Shown here in pieces: positions 20,282 to 30,720 of a DNA stretch of 59,951 nt (position 1 is its first letter; the number at the start of each line of letters is the position of its first letter). This DNA comes from a virus (Duplodnaviria; Caudoviricetes), in the IMG/VR virus record IMGVR_UViG_3300030104_001479, positions 1-59,951 of that record. One strand, 5' to 3'. The position numbers were made by a program, and so were the translations under genes. Under the pieces are notes generated by a model. That model was not told the DNA's origin. It saw only the letters and a program-made list of their open reading frames with translations, and ran no database searches.

Positions 20282-23200
20282 TGCCAGAGTTAGAAGATGT
20301 CTATAAATCTTTACGGGCTGCTCATGATGCTGGTGATGTAGTTGCCGCTCAAAAGCTCGCAGATTATGCGAGACAACTTCAGTCTGAAGAACAGCCTCAA
20401 GAAACTACAGCTCTGGGTCAGGTTGGAGAAACTTTTAAAGCAATCCCTCGTGGCTTTGGCAGAACCTTGCTTACAGCAGCAGAAGGTGCTGGCGAGTTAG
20501 CTGATGCAGCTACTAATTTCGTAGGTCTAGAAAACCTAATTGACTCTGGTGATGATAACGCTTTGGTCTCTGCTGCCAGACAAGGGCAGAAAGCCCTTAA
20601 CGAGTCATGGTTAGGTGTAGATGATGCTTATCAGGATGAGTGGCTGACTAAGTTTGGTGAAGGCTTAGGCTCTATGGCAACTTTCTTTACCCCGACAGCG
20701 GCTCTCAGGCTCGCTGGATTGACGGGTAGAGCTACAAAGACTACCGCTGCCTTGGCTTCTGCTACTGGCTCAGGAGAGCAAGCTCAGCGCATAGAGCAGG
20801 CTAGAGCTGAGGGACTTGATGTAACTGGAGGTCAGGAAGATACAGCTATTTTGACGGGAGCAATTATTGGTCTCAGCGAGTTAGCTCCAGTAGAACGAAT
20901 TTTGCGTGGCATCGACCCCGGCAAAGCTACTGACGATGTAAAAACAGTCATCATGAAAAGGCTTTCTAGTGCTTTTGCTTCTGGAGGAATGGAAGCTTTA
21001 CAAGAAACCTCTGCTTCTTTGCTGCAAGACCTTGCTGAAAGAGAAATATATAACCCTGATGTTGACTTCGGACAGGAAGCTTTAGATAGCTTTACCATAG
21101 GTGGTGCTGTTGGTTTCACTGCTGATCTTGTTGTGAATGCAATGGCAGGTAGAAGGGGAAGAGATTTTTCTGAAACTCAAAAAACTGATGAGCTTCAGTT
21201 TAGAAAAGAGGAAGAAGAAAGAGGCAACCTCCGTAGAAAAGAACTTGAGCCTGCTCCTACTGCCGAAGACATAGACGTACCCCGCATAAGATCAGAAATG
21301 AGAGAAAGCGGTGATGCGAACTTGGTAGCTTTGGAGTCTCAATTATCAGATGATCAAATTAGAGAAATAGGGGGTGTAACAACTCCTGTCGTTGAAGAAG
21401 AGCTTGATCCTGCCACCATCCCTCCCAAAAGCGATAACATGGCTAACTATGCCAAAGATATTGCTGTTCAAATGGGAAGAAACTTTCCTACTGAGACCTC
21501 TTTTAACATCGAACAAATTTCTATTCCTGTTGACGAGACCACTAGCGAGCCAGCCTTTCAGGTTGTAGACAGTGAAGGTAAAGCTTATGGTTCTCCTCGT
21601 GCGGAATACGAGCAAGCTGCTGTGTTAGCTGGAACCCTTAACAGAGAGATTGTAGATCAGACTGCAAGAAACTCTACAGAGGAGATAATTGAAGCTACCC
21701 CAGAACAATACGATGAGGATACAACACAGAGCTTAGAGGTTATTGGTAACCGAATTAAGAATCCTCGTGCTAATGAGATTACGGCTGATGCCTTGAATGT
21801 GGCAGCAGATACCACGATGGATCAAGGCTTTGAAGAAAACCTGACTGCCGAACAAGCAATGCAGAGAAACATGGGCAGAGTGTTTACTGAGCAGGACATG
21901 GTCAACAGCCTCACAGCCTCTCAGAGAGTTAATCGCAAGCGTCTAGCTAGAGGTTTGCCTGAGACTAACAAGTTTACCGTTACTGAAGCCAAAGAAGTTT
22001 TAGGTAAAGACTTTGGAAAGCTAGGAGACATTGGTGCTGGCGGTATCATTGAGACTCAGAAGTACAGTGTTGGCAAGGATAAAAAAGGTAATCCTATAGT
22101 TGTTAGTAGCTTAGGCGAAGTGATTACCAGTAAAAGTGTACAGAAGATTAGAAAGAAAGATGGCAAGCTTTACACGCAAAAGCGTAAGCTTAAGACTGAA
22201 AACGATGCTCGAATATTAGCAGACAGACTCAACAGTCGTTATGACCAAGCTGTTGACGAGGTTGTCTTTGAAGACATCAAGGCTGGCAACGCAGAAATAA
22301 AAGCTTTGCTAGAACGAAAGAATATCCCTAACGAGTTAGACAGTCCTGCCATTAAGACAATGGCTAAGGCTTTTGTTGGTAAAGAGAATGTCAACGACAT
22401 GGACACTGGTGAGAAGAAGTTCTTTTACCAGAAGATTCGTAAGCTCCCCGTAGTACCCTCCCCTCTTGCAGAAGGTCTTCCTGATTTTGACCAAGCTTCC
22501 ACTCTCACTCAAGGCGTTGAGGTCGATGCTGAACCTTTGGCTTTGCCTGCTCCTGATCGAGAACTTCCTAGTCCTGAGCTTGTTGCTGATATGCAAGAGC
22601 GTTTGAACGCTGAGCTGAAGAGAAAGAATCTAAGCGATCAGGGAGTTACAGGTCGAATCTTTCAAGAGTTTAGAGACTATGGTCTCAACAAAGAGGATCA
22701 GCCCGTCTTCACCTCTGAGGTTCTAGAAGAAACAGAGGGTGGGTATCTAAAAGATTTTAATGAGATTGCTGTAGGTGTGCGTCAGGCACTGCAATTTCAT
22801 GAAGAAAGCACTGGTACAAAGGTGGACATGAACGATGGTGACGCGGTCTTTGCTGTCATCAAAGATGTTTTAAATCATGAGACCGTCCATGCGCTAAGAA
22901 GATTGGATTTGTTTACCGCAGAAGAGTACAGAGTTCTTGAGAAAGCGGCTGAGAATACTAAAAGACAAGGTGAGGATATTACCTATCTAGAGGATGCTCA
23001 AGATAGGTATTCGGACTTATCACGAACTCAGATCATGGAAGAGGCTGTGGCTGAGCTGGTGCGTCAGAACACTAATCTGGGTGGTAGACCTAGAACAATC
23101 ATTAATAAGATTAAGGATATTCTAGAAGCGATTGCTCGTTTCATTTCTGGCAGTCCTCCGACAGTGCAACGTATTGTGGCTGGCATAGAGAGTGGAGATA

Positions 23201-26200
23201 TAGGTGCAAGAGCGACTGGTGAGGTTCGCAGCCTAAGAGCTACCAGAGATAGGCTTGATTTGTATGAGTATGAAAACATTGATGATGTGGCTCCAGCAGG
23301 CTCTCAGACAGCTCCTAAGATAGGAGATACCTTAGAGGAATTAGAAAGACAGCTACAGCCTATCAAAGAGGTGACGGTTGCTGAGATAGATGAGCAGCCT
23401 ATTGCTAGGTCTACCAAATCAAACCGTAAGTTTATTCAGGCTTTAGTAGATAAGGGCAATTTAATTTTAGGTGAGGCATCTTACTTTCCTGATGGAAGAT
23501 TGGAACATGAGAATCATTTTGCACACCGCAAAGCGGAGAGAGGTATTAGTGACGAACAGATAGAGAAAACGGTTTATTACGGGAATATGTTTAAGGCATA
23601 TCCTGATGGAAAGAACAGACCTCCCGGCGTGATATTTAGAGGTGAAGATATAACTGTGGTAGGAGAGGCAAGAGGGAATCAGTTAGTATTAAAGACTGTT
23701 TACGAAACTAATAATCCTCCTGTCAGAGAGTCCACTCAACAGAAAGCTTCAAAAGATTATTGGGAAGGAGATTCTAAAATTGCTTACTCAAGGCGTAGAA
23801 AGCCTCCAGAAAAAACTCAAACTGCTTACAAACTTTTTCGTACTCTTCCAAGTGAACCGGGAAAGTTGTTTCCTTTATTTGTTGATGCTAATCAACCTGT
23901 TCCGATGGGTGAATGGGTTCAAGCTAAGTCCGGGCCTAGAGATGAGAAAGGCAAAGTAAAGTCTAAGCTAGGTGGGTTAGCTTATAGACCCGGATGGCAT
24001 TCGGGAGATTTACCCGTAGCTAAACATATAGGCCAGAGAGACCCTGCTAGTAACTCAACTAAACCAGCATTTCGCAAACCAGATCAAGTGTGGGCAGAAG
24101 TAGAAGTCGCTGCGGATGTTGATTGGCAAGACAGAGCTAACAAAGCTGCTGTTAAAAATAAAGATGGTTCTATAAGAGTTAAGACTGCTCACATAACTGA
24201 TCGAATCCCAAAGGGAGGTTTCTACAGATATAAAACCAATCCCAACATGGAAGGGAATTGGATAATAAGTGGTGATCTTAAAGTTAACAGAGTGCTTTCT
24301 AACGAAGAAGTTGATCAAATAAACAGACAAGCTGGAGTTTCTGATCTTCCTCGTGTTGAAGATCGACAAGACAGCTCTATAGCTTATTCTCGTAGAGGAA
24401 TAACCATCCCTGAAGCATCTAGCACCGCTCCTACACTACCAGTCGGTGAGGTAGAAGCAGAGTTGCAGTCTTTGCTTGATAGGACTGATGGTAATCCTAC
24501 CTCTCGTCAGTTGTCTAACATCACTGGCGCACCTACACCCAGAACAATTACGAACAAAGCTGGCAAGAAAGTCATTGATAAAAAGCGCGATGGTGAGGTC
24601 AAGCCAACATCTCTTGCTGAGTTAAGAGCTATGGCAAGAAGGGGTTTGCAGGAAGGTCAAAACGATCTGCGTTGGTATGATCAGTTTGGTAGTGGCCTGA
24701 AGGATATAATCGGTGATGCAAACATCGAAGAAGCTTCAGTAATTTTTGGGATTACCTCTCAACAAAACTCAGCCGAACAAAACCTAGCCGACACTTTGCA
24801 TATCATGTCAGTGGCAAGACGCATTGATCCTGTGGAAAACACGGCTGCTTTTATCAAAGAGCTGAAGGAGGGAACCAGACCAAACGGACAAAAGGTTAAG
24901 ATAACTGGTGACCAGATAAATCGTATTGTGCGGATGTATACCGAGGGCTATGCAAACGCAGGTCTTAAGACCAGCACCTATATGCAACTTATCCAAGACC
25001 GAGCAAGGAATCGTTTTAATCCTTTTAGTGTGCAAGATGTACATATGGCTAGAGCTTTCGGCTTTAGAAGAAAGAACTACAAGGATGGCAATCTGGTTGA
25101 TGCAGCTATTATTCCGGGTGATCTTCAGTATCGGTATGCTCAATATCTTACAAGCTATCTCGCTCAAGAGTTTGGGGTTACTCCTAATCAAATGCAGGCA
25201 GCTTTGTGGTTTGTGGCAAAGGACACCTTGTCTCCCAAGAAAGGAAAGGCAAAGGCAGGGGCTGGAACATGGGTTTCTTCTAGGAGATTTGCTCAGCCAG
25301 AGGTAAAGGTTATTGAGCAACAGATAGAAGACGGTGTGTTTGATACGACATCTCCTCTGACACCTGCGTTAGAGAAAGGTGTACGTCCTCGTAATGCACC
25401 TAAAGTTAAACAAGACCCTTATACCAATTATCTTCAGATAGATGAGCTTACAGAACTTGCTGCTCAAAGAGCCCCTAGAGTGTTGGCTTCAGCTAACCCC
25501 GGTAATGGTAGGGGATATGGTTTTCCTGAGTCTGTTAGTCTCGAAGAGATTGTGGATTTTAATAAGGGTGCTTTAGATGTTATCACTGACCAAGACGGAC
25601 AAATTCCTTTCATCAGGCAGATGGGAATACCTCACGTTGTGGAATCATCTTTCGGAACTTATGAGGGAATAGAGCCTAACATTCAAATTAGATTGCTAGA
25701 TGGAACGCTAGAGCAAGCTGACTTTATAGGTAATGTTTTAGGAGATGCGCTCTTACAGGACGCAGTTGTTACCGAGAAGCCTATTTACGATCAAGGTAGT
25801 CAGGTGGGTATCGCAGCAACTAAGGCTGATGGCTCTGCTTTCACAGAAGAAGAGGTCATGGCTGTCGCTAACAAAGCTAATCCAGAGAAAGACCCTTACG
25901 GACTAAACTTTACGTTGGTTGATAACGGAAGAGCTTTAGCTTTTACAGACGGGAGAACTTTTGATAGAAAAGAGTTTCCTGATTACACCCCTGAAATGTC
26001 AGAGGAATTTGCCGATAAGGTGTTGAACGCCTTTGATAATGATGTACAATACGTCTATAGCCAATATACTCAACAAGGCAATTACTATGAAAGTGAAGGA
26101 TATTCAAGCGCGATTAGAGGCGAAGGGGATACAGAAAGCTTCCCCGGATCATCCGATATACTCAGCACCGTCAACGATACGCTTTATAAACCGTTCTGGG

Positions 26201-29200
26201 ACTACTACACAGCAGAAGCGGAAAGAATCGGCTTTACCCCGCAGAATCTAACTCCTCCATCTCCTCCTATTGCGCCTGAGTCTGTCAGACCGCAAGCAGT
26301 ACAACCTAGATCAATCCCTCCTGCTGAGGTAGAAGCAGCCGTAGAGAAGAACCTAGAAGCCCTAGAGAACACTACAGGAGGGGCTGTACCTACCTTTAGC
26401 GTCAAAGCCTCACCAGAGGCTCAGGCTGTGGCTAGAAAACCAGAGCTTGGGGTTAAGCCTACCAAGGAACAAGACATTGTTTACTCTCGCAGATCGCCTA
26501 GAGACCCAGAGGTAAAGGCTGTTGTAGATAAAGTTATTCAGCCTGAGTCTAGGAAGAAGAGTCTGTTTGAAAATATATTTTCTAAAAGCGATGACTACCA
26601 AACGCAGTTCTCTAAGTTTCGTCAGGATTACGTTAACAGGTATGAGCCTTTAGAAAAGATGGACAAGATGATGAGGGATACGCTAGGTACTCTAGCTGAT
26701 TCTTCAGCTCACTTCGCAATGATCATGTCTGACCGATCTAGCAACTTAACAGCAGCCTCTATTAAACATGGTATTCCTGTTCGTAGGGACGGAATGTTTA
26801 AGACAGAAGATTTTATATATGACGGAAATAAAGTCGATGGTTTGCTCGGTGTGTTCAAGAACCTTATGCCAAGTGAAAATGTATTTAATGAGAATTTACT
26901 GGAGGTTTGGCAATCTTACGCGATAGCTAAAAGAGCTAAAGAAATAAACGATTCTGGCAAACTCAGCCCTGTACCGAAAGGAGAAGAGGATGCTTTCCTA
27001 GCTGAGATGGAAGCCATAGCTGATAAGTACATTAACCCAAATACAAATAAGTCTTATATCAGGGAAGTGTACGATATGTATCAGGCGTACAATAACCAAG
27101 TTATCAACCTGATGAGAGACTCAGGACTTATCACTGATCAGGAAGCTAGAAGCTGGGAGCGTAGTTCAACGTATTATCCTTTCTATAGAGACTTTGAGGC
27201 TGATCCAAACGCGGAGACTAATCAGGAAACAGGTGATGGAAAGTTAGTTAATGTAGATTCTATTCTTAATGTTGGAATGGAAAACTCTCCTAGCTTTCTT
27301 CCTCAGGACAAAATTGGATCACAAAAGCTCAGAAGATTAGAGGGCAGTCGGCTTAAGATAGATGTTCCCCCTCTTGAGGCTGTGGTTAAAAACCTAGATG
27401 CCGCTATCAATATGTCGATGAAGAACATTGCCTATCAAAGAGCAATGCGTGATGCTGTCTATCTGGGCTTTGCCTCAAAGATTGAGCCGGGTCGTAAGAT
27501 GAAAGCTCTGAAGAAGGGAGAAATATCTAACGATATTTATATCAGAGAGAATGGCAAGGATGTCAGGTACAAGGTTCACGATCAGTTGCTTTTCTCTGCG
27601 CTTCAACCTATCTCTGACGGGTCTCTGGTAACTCGTATTACAGAAATAACATCCATGCCTGCAAGATTCCTGCGAGAGTCTGTTACTCGCTCTCCGGGTT
27701 TTATGTTGGTCAATATGCTTAGGGACACGCTTTCTGCCTTTGTAACCTCAGGGGCAAGCTTTACCCCTATTATAGACACTGCTAAAAACTTTAGGACTGA
27801 CTTAACTGAATTTGAAAAGTTAGGTGTAGTTACTGGGTACGACAACATTAGTGACCCTAAAGATTTAGCAGCTTATCTCTCAAAGGAGATGAGAAAGAAA
27901 AACATTGATACAGGTGCGAGTAAAACTACCAAGGCATGGGAGAATAGTTTAGGAAAGGCATGGGACTTGTTAGGTGCAGGTACTACTAAGTCCGACTTTG
28001 CTACTCGTAAAGCGGTTTATGACGATGTACTTGCTAGAACTGGAAGTCAGGCTGAAGCAGCTTATCAAGCGATAGAGGTTTTAAACTTTGGCAGAAGAGG
28101 GGGCAACGCTGCTTATCGAATGTTTGCAGCAGCAACACCTTTCCTTAACGCAAGAATACAAGGACTCGATGTTTTATGGAGAACTGGTTTAGGTACTTAT
28201 TCCTCTCGGAGCGATCTAGGTAAAGCTCAAATACAAAGAAACGCTTTGCTTAGGGCTAGTTATCTTACTGGGCTGACTGCTGCTTACTGGATGCTAATGA
28301 GCGATGATGATCAGTATAAAGAAGCATCTGACTATGTCCGTGATAACAACTGGCTTATTCCTAATCCGTTTGGTAATGAGCCAATGAAAATACCCATACC
28401 TTTCGAGATAGGATTGTTGTTCAAGACATTCCCTGAAAGGTTACTCGATGCTTCCTTCAAAGAATCCACAGCCCGTGATTTTGCACAGACAGTGGGAAGA
28501 GGAGCGATTGCTACTCTTGAGATGAACCCGTTCGGAATTCAAATCGCTGCCCCGCTAGTGGAGGTTGGTTTTAACAAGAACTTCTACACTGGCAGACAGA
28601 TTGTTCCTTATTACATTGATCAGGGAGTAGTCGCAGGTTTACAGGATAGAGTCACAACCACAGAGTTTGCTGAGTGGTTAGGACAATCAACAGGAATGAG
28701 TCCTTTAAAAATAGATCATGTGATTAACGGCTATGCAGGATCACTAGGTATGGTAGCTATCGATATGGTAGATAACATTCTTAGATCGCCTGCGATTACC
28801 GGAGACTTTGCAGCTTCTATGCCTACCTATAATCTGTCAGAGAATCCTGCCTTTAGAAGATTCTTTGCAAGAGCAGAGGGTACTGGTCTTTCAGAAGATT
28901 TTTATGAAATGAATCGTTATGTGGGACAAATAGTTCAAACACTGAATAAACTTGAAGAAGAAGGAAGAATTGAAGAGTATCAAAAATTTCTTGTGGGAAG
29001 AGAACATCTTCTTGATTTTAGAAAAGATTTCAATGCTATTAGTAATGAGCTTTCTGAGTTGCGTAAAGAGAAGCAAGATATTATTAGAGCTGATATCCAT
29101 CCTGACAGTAAGCGTGATCAAGTTAACGAGATAGACAGGATCATTAACGAAAGATTGCAGGTAGTGCCACTGTACAAAGAACTGGTGCGCTTGCCTGTGT

Positions 29201-29235
29201 TTAGAGAAAGCACCTTCAAGGAAGGCGGCCCTTAG
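20281..29235 (+). CDS. Large polyvalent (injected) protein with zincin HExxH, RelE/DUF4258-like, glycosylase-like and LPD38-like domains
   Basis: 2984 aa; HETVH at 22876; HRKAERGIS; DVHMARAFG..QAALW; C-terminal IPIPFEIG..FYTGR..SPLKIDH. Confidence 0.75.
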   Translation: MPELEDVYKSLRAAHDAGDVVAAQKLADYARQLQSEEQPQETTALGQVGETFKAIPRGFGRTLLTAAEGAGELADAATNFVGLENLIDSGDDNALVSAARQGQKALNESWLGVDDAYQDEWLTKFGEGLGSMATFFTPTAALRLAGLTGRATKTTAALASATGSGEQAQRIEQARAEGLDVTGGQEDTAILTGAIIGLSELAPVERILRGIDPGKATDDVKTVIMKRLSSAFASGGMEALQETSASLLQDLAEREIYNPDVDFGQEALDSFTIGGAVGFTADLVVNAMAGRRGRDFSETQKTDELQFRKEEEERGNLRRKELEPAPTAEDIDVPRIRSEMRESGDANLVALESQLSDDQIREIGGVTTPVVEEELDPATIPPKSDNMANYAKDIAVQMGRNFPTETSFNIEQISIPVDETTSEPAFQVVDSEGKAYGSPRAEYEQAAVLAGTLNREIVDQTARNSTEEIIEATPEQYDEDTTQSLEVIGNRIKNPRANEITADALNVAADTTMDQGFEENLTAEQAMQRNMGRVFTEQDMVNSLTASQRVNRKRLARGLPETNKFTVTEAKEVLGKDFGKLGDIGAGGIIETQKYSVGKDKKGNPIVVSSLGEVITSKSVQKIRKKDGKLYTQKRKLKTENDARILADRLNSRYDQAVDEVVFEDIKAGNAEIKALLERKNIPNELDSPAIKTMAKAFVGKENVNDMDTGEKKFFYQKIRKLPVVPSPLAEGLPDFDQASTLTQGVEVDAEPLALPAPDRELPSPELVADMQERLNAELKRKNLSDQGVTGRIFQEFRDYGLNKEDQPVFTSEVLEETEGGYLKDFNEIAVGVRQALQFHEESTGTKVDMNDGDAVFAVIKDVLNHETVHALRRLDLFTAEEYRVLEKAAENTKRQGEDITYLEDAQDRYSDLSRTQIMEEAVAELVRQNTNLGGRPRTIINKIKDILEAIARFISGSPPTVQRIVAGIESGDIGARATGEVRSLRATRDRLDLYEYENIDDVAPAGSQTAPKIGDTLEELERQLQPIKEVTVAEIDEQPIARSTKSNRKFIQALVDKGNLILGEASYFPDGRLEHENHFAHRKAERGISDEQIEKTVYYGNMFKAYPDGKNRPPGVIFRGEDITVVGEARGNQLVLKTVYETNNPPVRESTQQKASKDYWEGDSKIAYSRRRKPPEKTQTAYKLFRTLPSEPGKLFPLFVDANQPVPMGEWVQAKSGPRDEKGKVKSKLGGLAYRPGWHSGDLPVAKHIGQRDPASNSTKPAFRKPDQVWAEVEVAADVDWQDRANKAAVKNKDGSIRVKTAHITDRIPKGGFYRYKTNPNMEGNWIISGDLKVNRVLSNEEVDQINRQAGVSDLPRVEDRQDSSIAYSRRGITIPEASSTAPTLPVGEVEAELQSLLDRTDGNPTSRQLSNITGAPTPRTITNKAGKKVIDKKRDGEVKPTSLAELRAMARRGLQEGQNDLRWYDQFGSGLKDIIGDANIEEASVIFGITSQQNSAEQNLADTLHIMSVARRIDPVENTAAFIKELKEGTRPNGQKVKITGDQINRIVRMYTEGYANAGLKTSTYMQLIQDRARNRFNPFSVQDVHMARAFGFRRKNYKDGNLVDAAIIPGDLQYRYAQYLTSYLAQEFGVTPNQMQAALWFVAKDTLSPKKGKAKAGAGTWVSSRRFAQPEVKVIEQQIEDGVFDTTSPLTPALEKGVRPRNAPKVKQDPYTNYLQIDELTELAAQRAPRVLASANPGNGRGYGFPESVSLEEIVDFNKGALDVITDQDGQIPFIRQMGIPHVVESSFGTYEGIEPNIQIRLLDGTLEQADFIGNVLGDALLQDAVVTEKPIYDQGSQVGIAATKADGSAFTEEEVMAVANKANPEKDPYGLNFTLVDNGRALAFTDGRTFDRKEFPDYTPEMSEEFADKVLNAFDNDVQYVYSQYTQQGNYYESEGYSSAIRGEGDTESFPGSSDILSTVNDTLYKPFWDYYTAEAERIGFTPQNLTPPSPPIAPESVRPQAVQPRSIPPAEVEAAVEKNLEALENTTGGAVPTFSVKASPEAQAVARKPELGVKPTKEQDIVYSRRSPRDPEVKAVVDKVIQPESRKKSLFENIFSKSDDYQTQFSKFRQDYVNRYEPLEKMDKMMRDTLGTLADSSAHFAMIMSDRSSNLTAASIKHGIPVRRDGMFKTEDFIYDGNKVDGLLGVFKNLMPSENVFNENLLEVWQSYAIAKRAKEINDSGKLSPVPKGEEDAFLAEMEAIADKYINPNTNKSYIREVYDMYQAYNNQVINLMRDSGLITDQEARSWERSSTYYPFYRDFEADPNAETNQETGDGKLVNVDSILNVGMENSPSFLPQDKIGSQKLRRLEGSRLKIDVPPLEAVVKNLDAAINMSMKNIAYQRAMRDAVYLGFASKIEPGRKMKALKKGEISNDIYIRENGKDVRYKVHDQLLFSALQPISDGSLVTRITEITSMPARFLRESVTRSPGFMLVNMLRDTLSAFVTSGASFTPIIDTAKNFRTDLTEFEKLGVVTGYDNISDPKDLAAYLSKEMRKKNIDTGASKTTKAWENSLGKAWDLLGAGTTKSDFATRKAVYDDVLARTGSQAEAAYQAIEVLNFGRRGGNAAYRMFAAATPFLNARIQGLDVLWRTGLGTYSSRSDLGKAQIQRNALLRASYLTGLTAAYWMLMSDDDQYKEASDYVRDNNWLIPNPFGNEPMKIPIPFEIGLLFKTFPERLLDASFKESTARDFAQTVGRGAIATLEMNPFGIQIAAPLVEVGFNKNFYTGRQIVPYYIDQGVVAGLQDRVTTTEFAEWLGQSTGMSPLKIDHVINGYAGSLGMVAIDMVDNILRSPAITGDFAASMPTYNLSENPAFRRFFARAEGTGLSEDFYEMNRYVGQIVQTLNKLEEEGRIEEYQKFLVGREHLLDFRKDFNAISNELSELRKEKQDIIRADIHPDSKRDQVNEIDRIINERLQVVPLYKELVRLPVFRESTFKEGGP

Positions 29236-29714
29236 GCCGCTTCCTCTTTCTTGGGTACATATTCCCCCAGTATAGGGTTCACAATCTTCGATCTCAGGAT
29301 AGTGTAAACTTCCTTAAACCCTTGACCGTGAGGCTTTCGCCAAGTCTTCTTCAACCACCGACATTGTGGCCCAAACTTCTGTTGCACATGATGTGCTACT
29401 TCGTGAGCTACCGACATCCATAAATCTTCTTCAAGACTTTGGGTGTAACGCCCACCGATTACCGGACATTTATCAAAAGCATCATACTCCTTGTGCCAAC
29501 CACCCTTTCCGTGTTGCCAGTAAGCAAGGTTGATTTGAATGACATTCCTGCCTCCATAAGTCGCTACGCTACACCATCCTTTGTTCACAACTTTGATGCA
29601 CCTTACCGCTTCAATGACATGATGCTTATTAATACCAAGCTCATAGTCTTTGCACTTGAGGTGATTCATGCACCGCCTGACCATTCGTTCAATCAGTATT
29701 ACTTCCTTTTTCAT
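29232..29714 (-). CDS. SprT-like zinc metalloprotease
   Basis: HEVAHH followed by PHGQGFK. Confidence 0.65.
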   Translation of the reverse strand: MKKEVILIERMVRRCMNHLKCKDYELGINKHHVIEAVRCIKVVNKGWCSVATYGGRNVIQINLAYWQHGKGGWHKEYDAFDKCPVIGGRYTQSLEEDLWMSVAHEVAHHVQQKFGPQCRWLKKTWRKPHGQGFKEVYTILRSKIVNPILGEYVPKKEEAA

Positions 29715-29932
29715 TTACTTTCTCCTTTCTTTTCTATGGGTGTGAGTTTGGCATTCTTAGGTAATCTTTTTCTGCCTAAACTGGGAGAATAAAAGTACAA
29801 CCATTTCCTCCCTTCCTTGTAAACCCACCCTGCGCTGTTACCAAAGTCGCTGTGATACCACACGGGTGTCCAACCTCTGTTCCTAACTTTTCGTACAGTC
29901 GGGTCTTTAATAAACCATTCTGATTTATTCAT
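29711..29932 (-). CDS. Hypothetical protein
   Basis: 73 aa, AAGGAG RBS, coupled to next gene. Confidence 0.65.
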   Translation of the reverse strand: MNKSEWFIKDPTVRKVRNRGWTPVWYHSDFGNSAGWVYKEGRKWLYFYSPSLGRKRLPKNAKLTPIEKKGESK

Positions 29933-30203
29933 ATCTAACTCCTTAATTTTAAAAAACTACACGACCTTATAAAGGTGCGCGGTGTCTTTAATAAAGAACA
30001 CGAGAGTATGATATCAAATGGGTTTTTGGTTTTTGCACAAACAAGATATTAACGTGGTGAATTCAGGCTACAGCCCAGAGTTCATCATAGTTAAAATAAA
30101 TTTTTTGTTAGTAAACGTAGAGCGAGAGAAGCTTAAATAGTTAATAAAAGTACAAGTGGCACTACCGCAGCCCAATGACTGCGGGGTTACATTTTATTAC
30201 AAA

Positions 30204-30599
30204 TTAATCTTCCCAAGTACAGGGACTTTTGTATTGATTCATGTATACGACATTTCTTTGCGAAAGGTCTTCGATCATTTTCTCTTCTTTAAAAGGTTTG
30301 ATATTAAAGAACTCAGAATACTCAGGATGGTATGCGTGGAACAGCCTAGCGTAGAAAGCAATGTAGTTGTTGCTTATCTTAAACTCGCCACTCTTTGTTA
30401 CCACTTCGTAATCCCATCGGATTCTATTTACTATAAACCAGTGAGAGTAAGAAGTAAGTCCTGAGTTAATTGCATCGAACGTATACTTCTCGAACAATTC
30501 CCAAACGTGTGGATTATCTTTGTGCCATTGCCACCAGTCACCTTTTCTTTTGTGTAGTCGTTCCCTTAACTGGTTTATCGTTACGTTGTAGTCTGTCAT
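30204..30599 (-). CDS. Conserved phage hypothetical protein
   Basis: 131 aa; NPHVWELF..RIRW..FKISNN..YARLF. Confidence 0.65.
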   Translation of the reverse strand: MTDYNVTINQLRERLHKRKGDWWQWHKDNPHVWELFEKYTFDAINSGLTSYSHWFIVNRIRWDYEVVTKSGEFKISNNYIAFYARLFHAYHPEYSEFFNIKPFKEEKMIEDLSQRNVVYMNQYKSPCTWED

Positions 30600-30720
30600 C
30601 TTGCAACTCCTTCAACTCTTTGTAATCGTCTATTAACTCTTTAAGCTCTTCGATGTATTCGACAATTTCTTCAATGTCATCCTCATCAAACTCGGCTTGT
30701 ATCTTTAGTTTCTTCGCCAT
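30538..30720 (-). CDS. Small acidic coiled-coil hypothetical protein
   Basis: 60 aa, within the - strand operon. Confidence 0.5.
   Translation of the reverse strand: MAKKLKIQAEFDEDDIEEIVEYIEELKELIDDYKELKELQDDRLQRNDKPVKGTTTQKKR

Noticed and set aside
24808-25320. Alternative-frame ORFs inside the polyvalent gene (and similar short shadow ORFs genome-wide)
   Set aside because: No RBS or motifs; fully nested in long, well-supported genes
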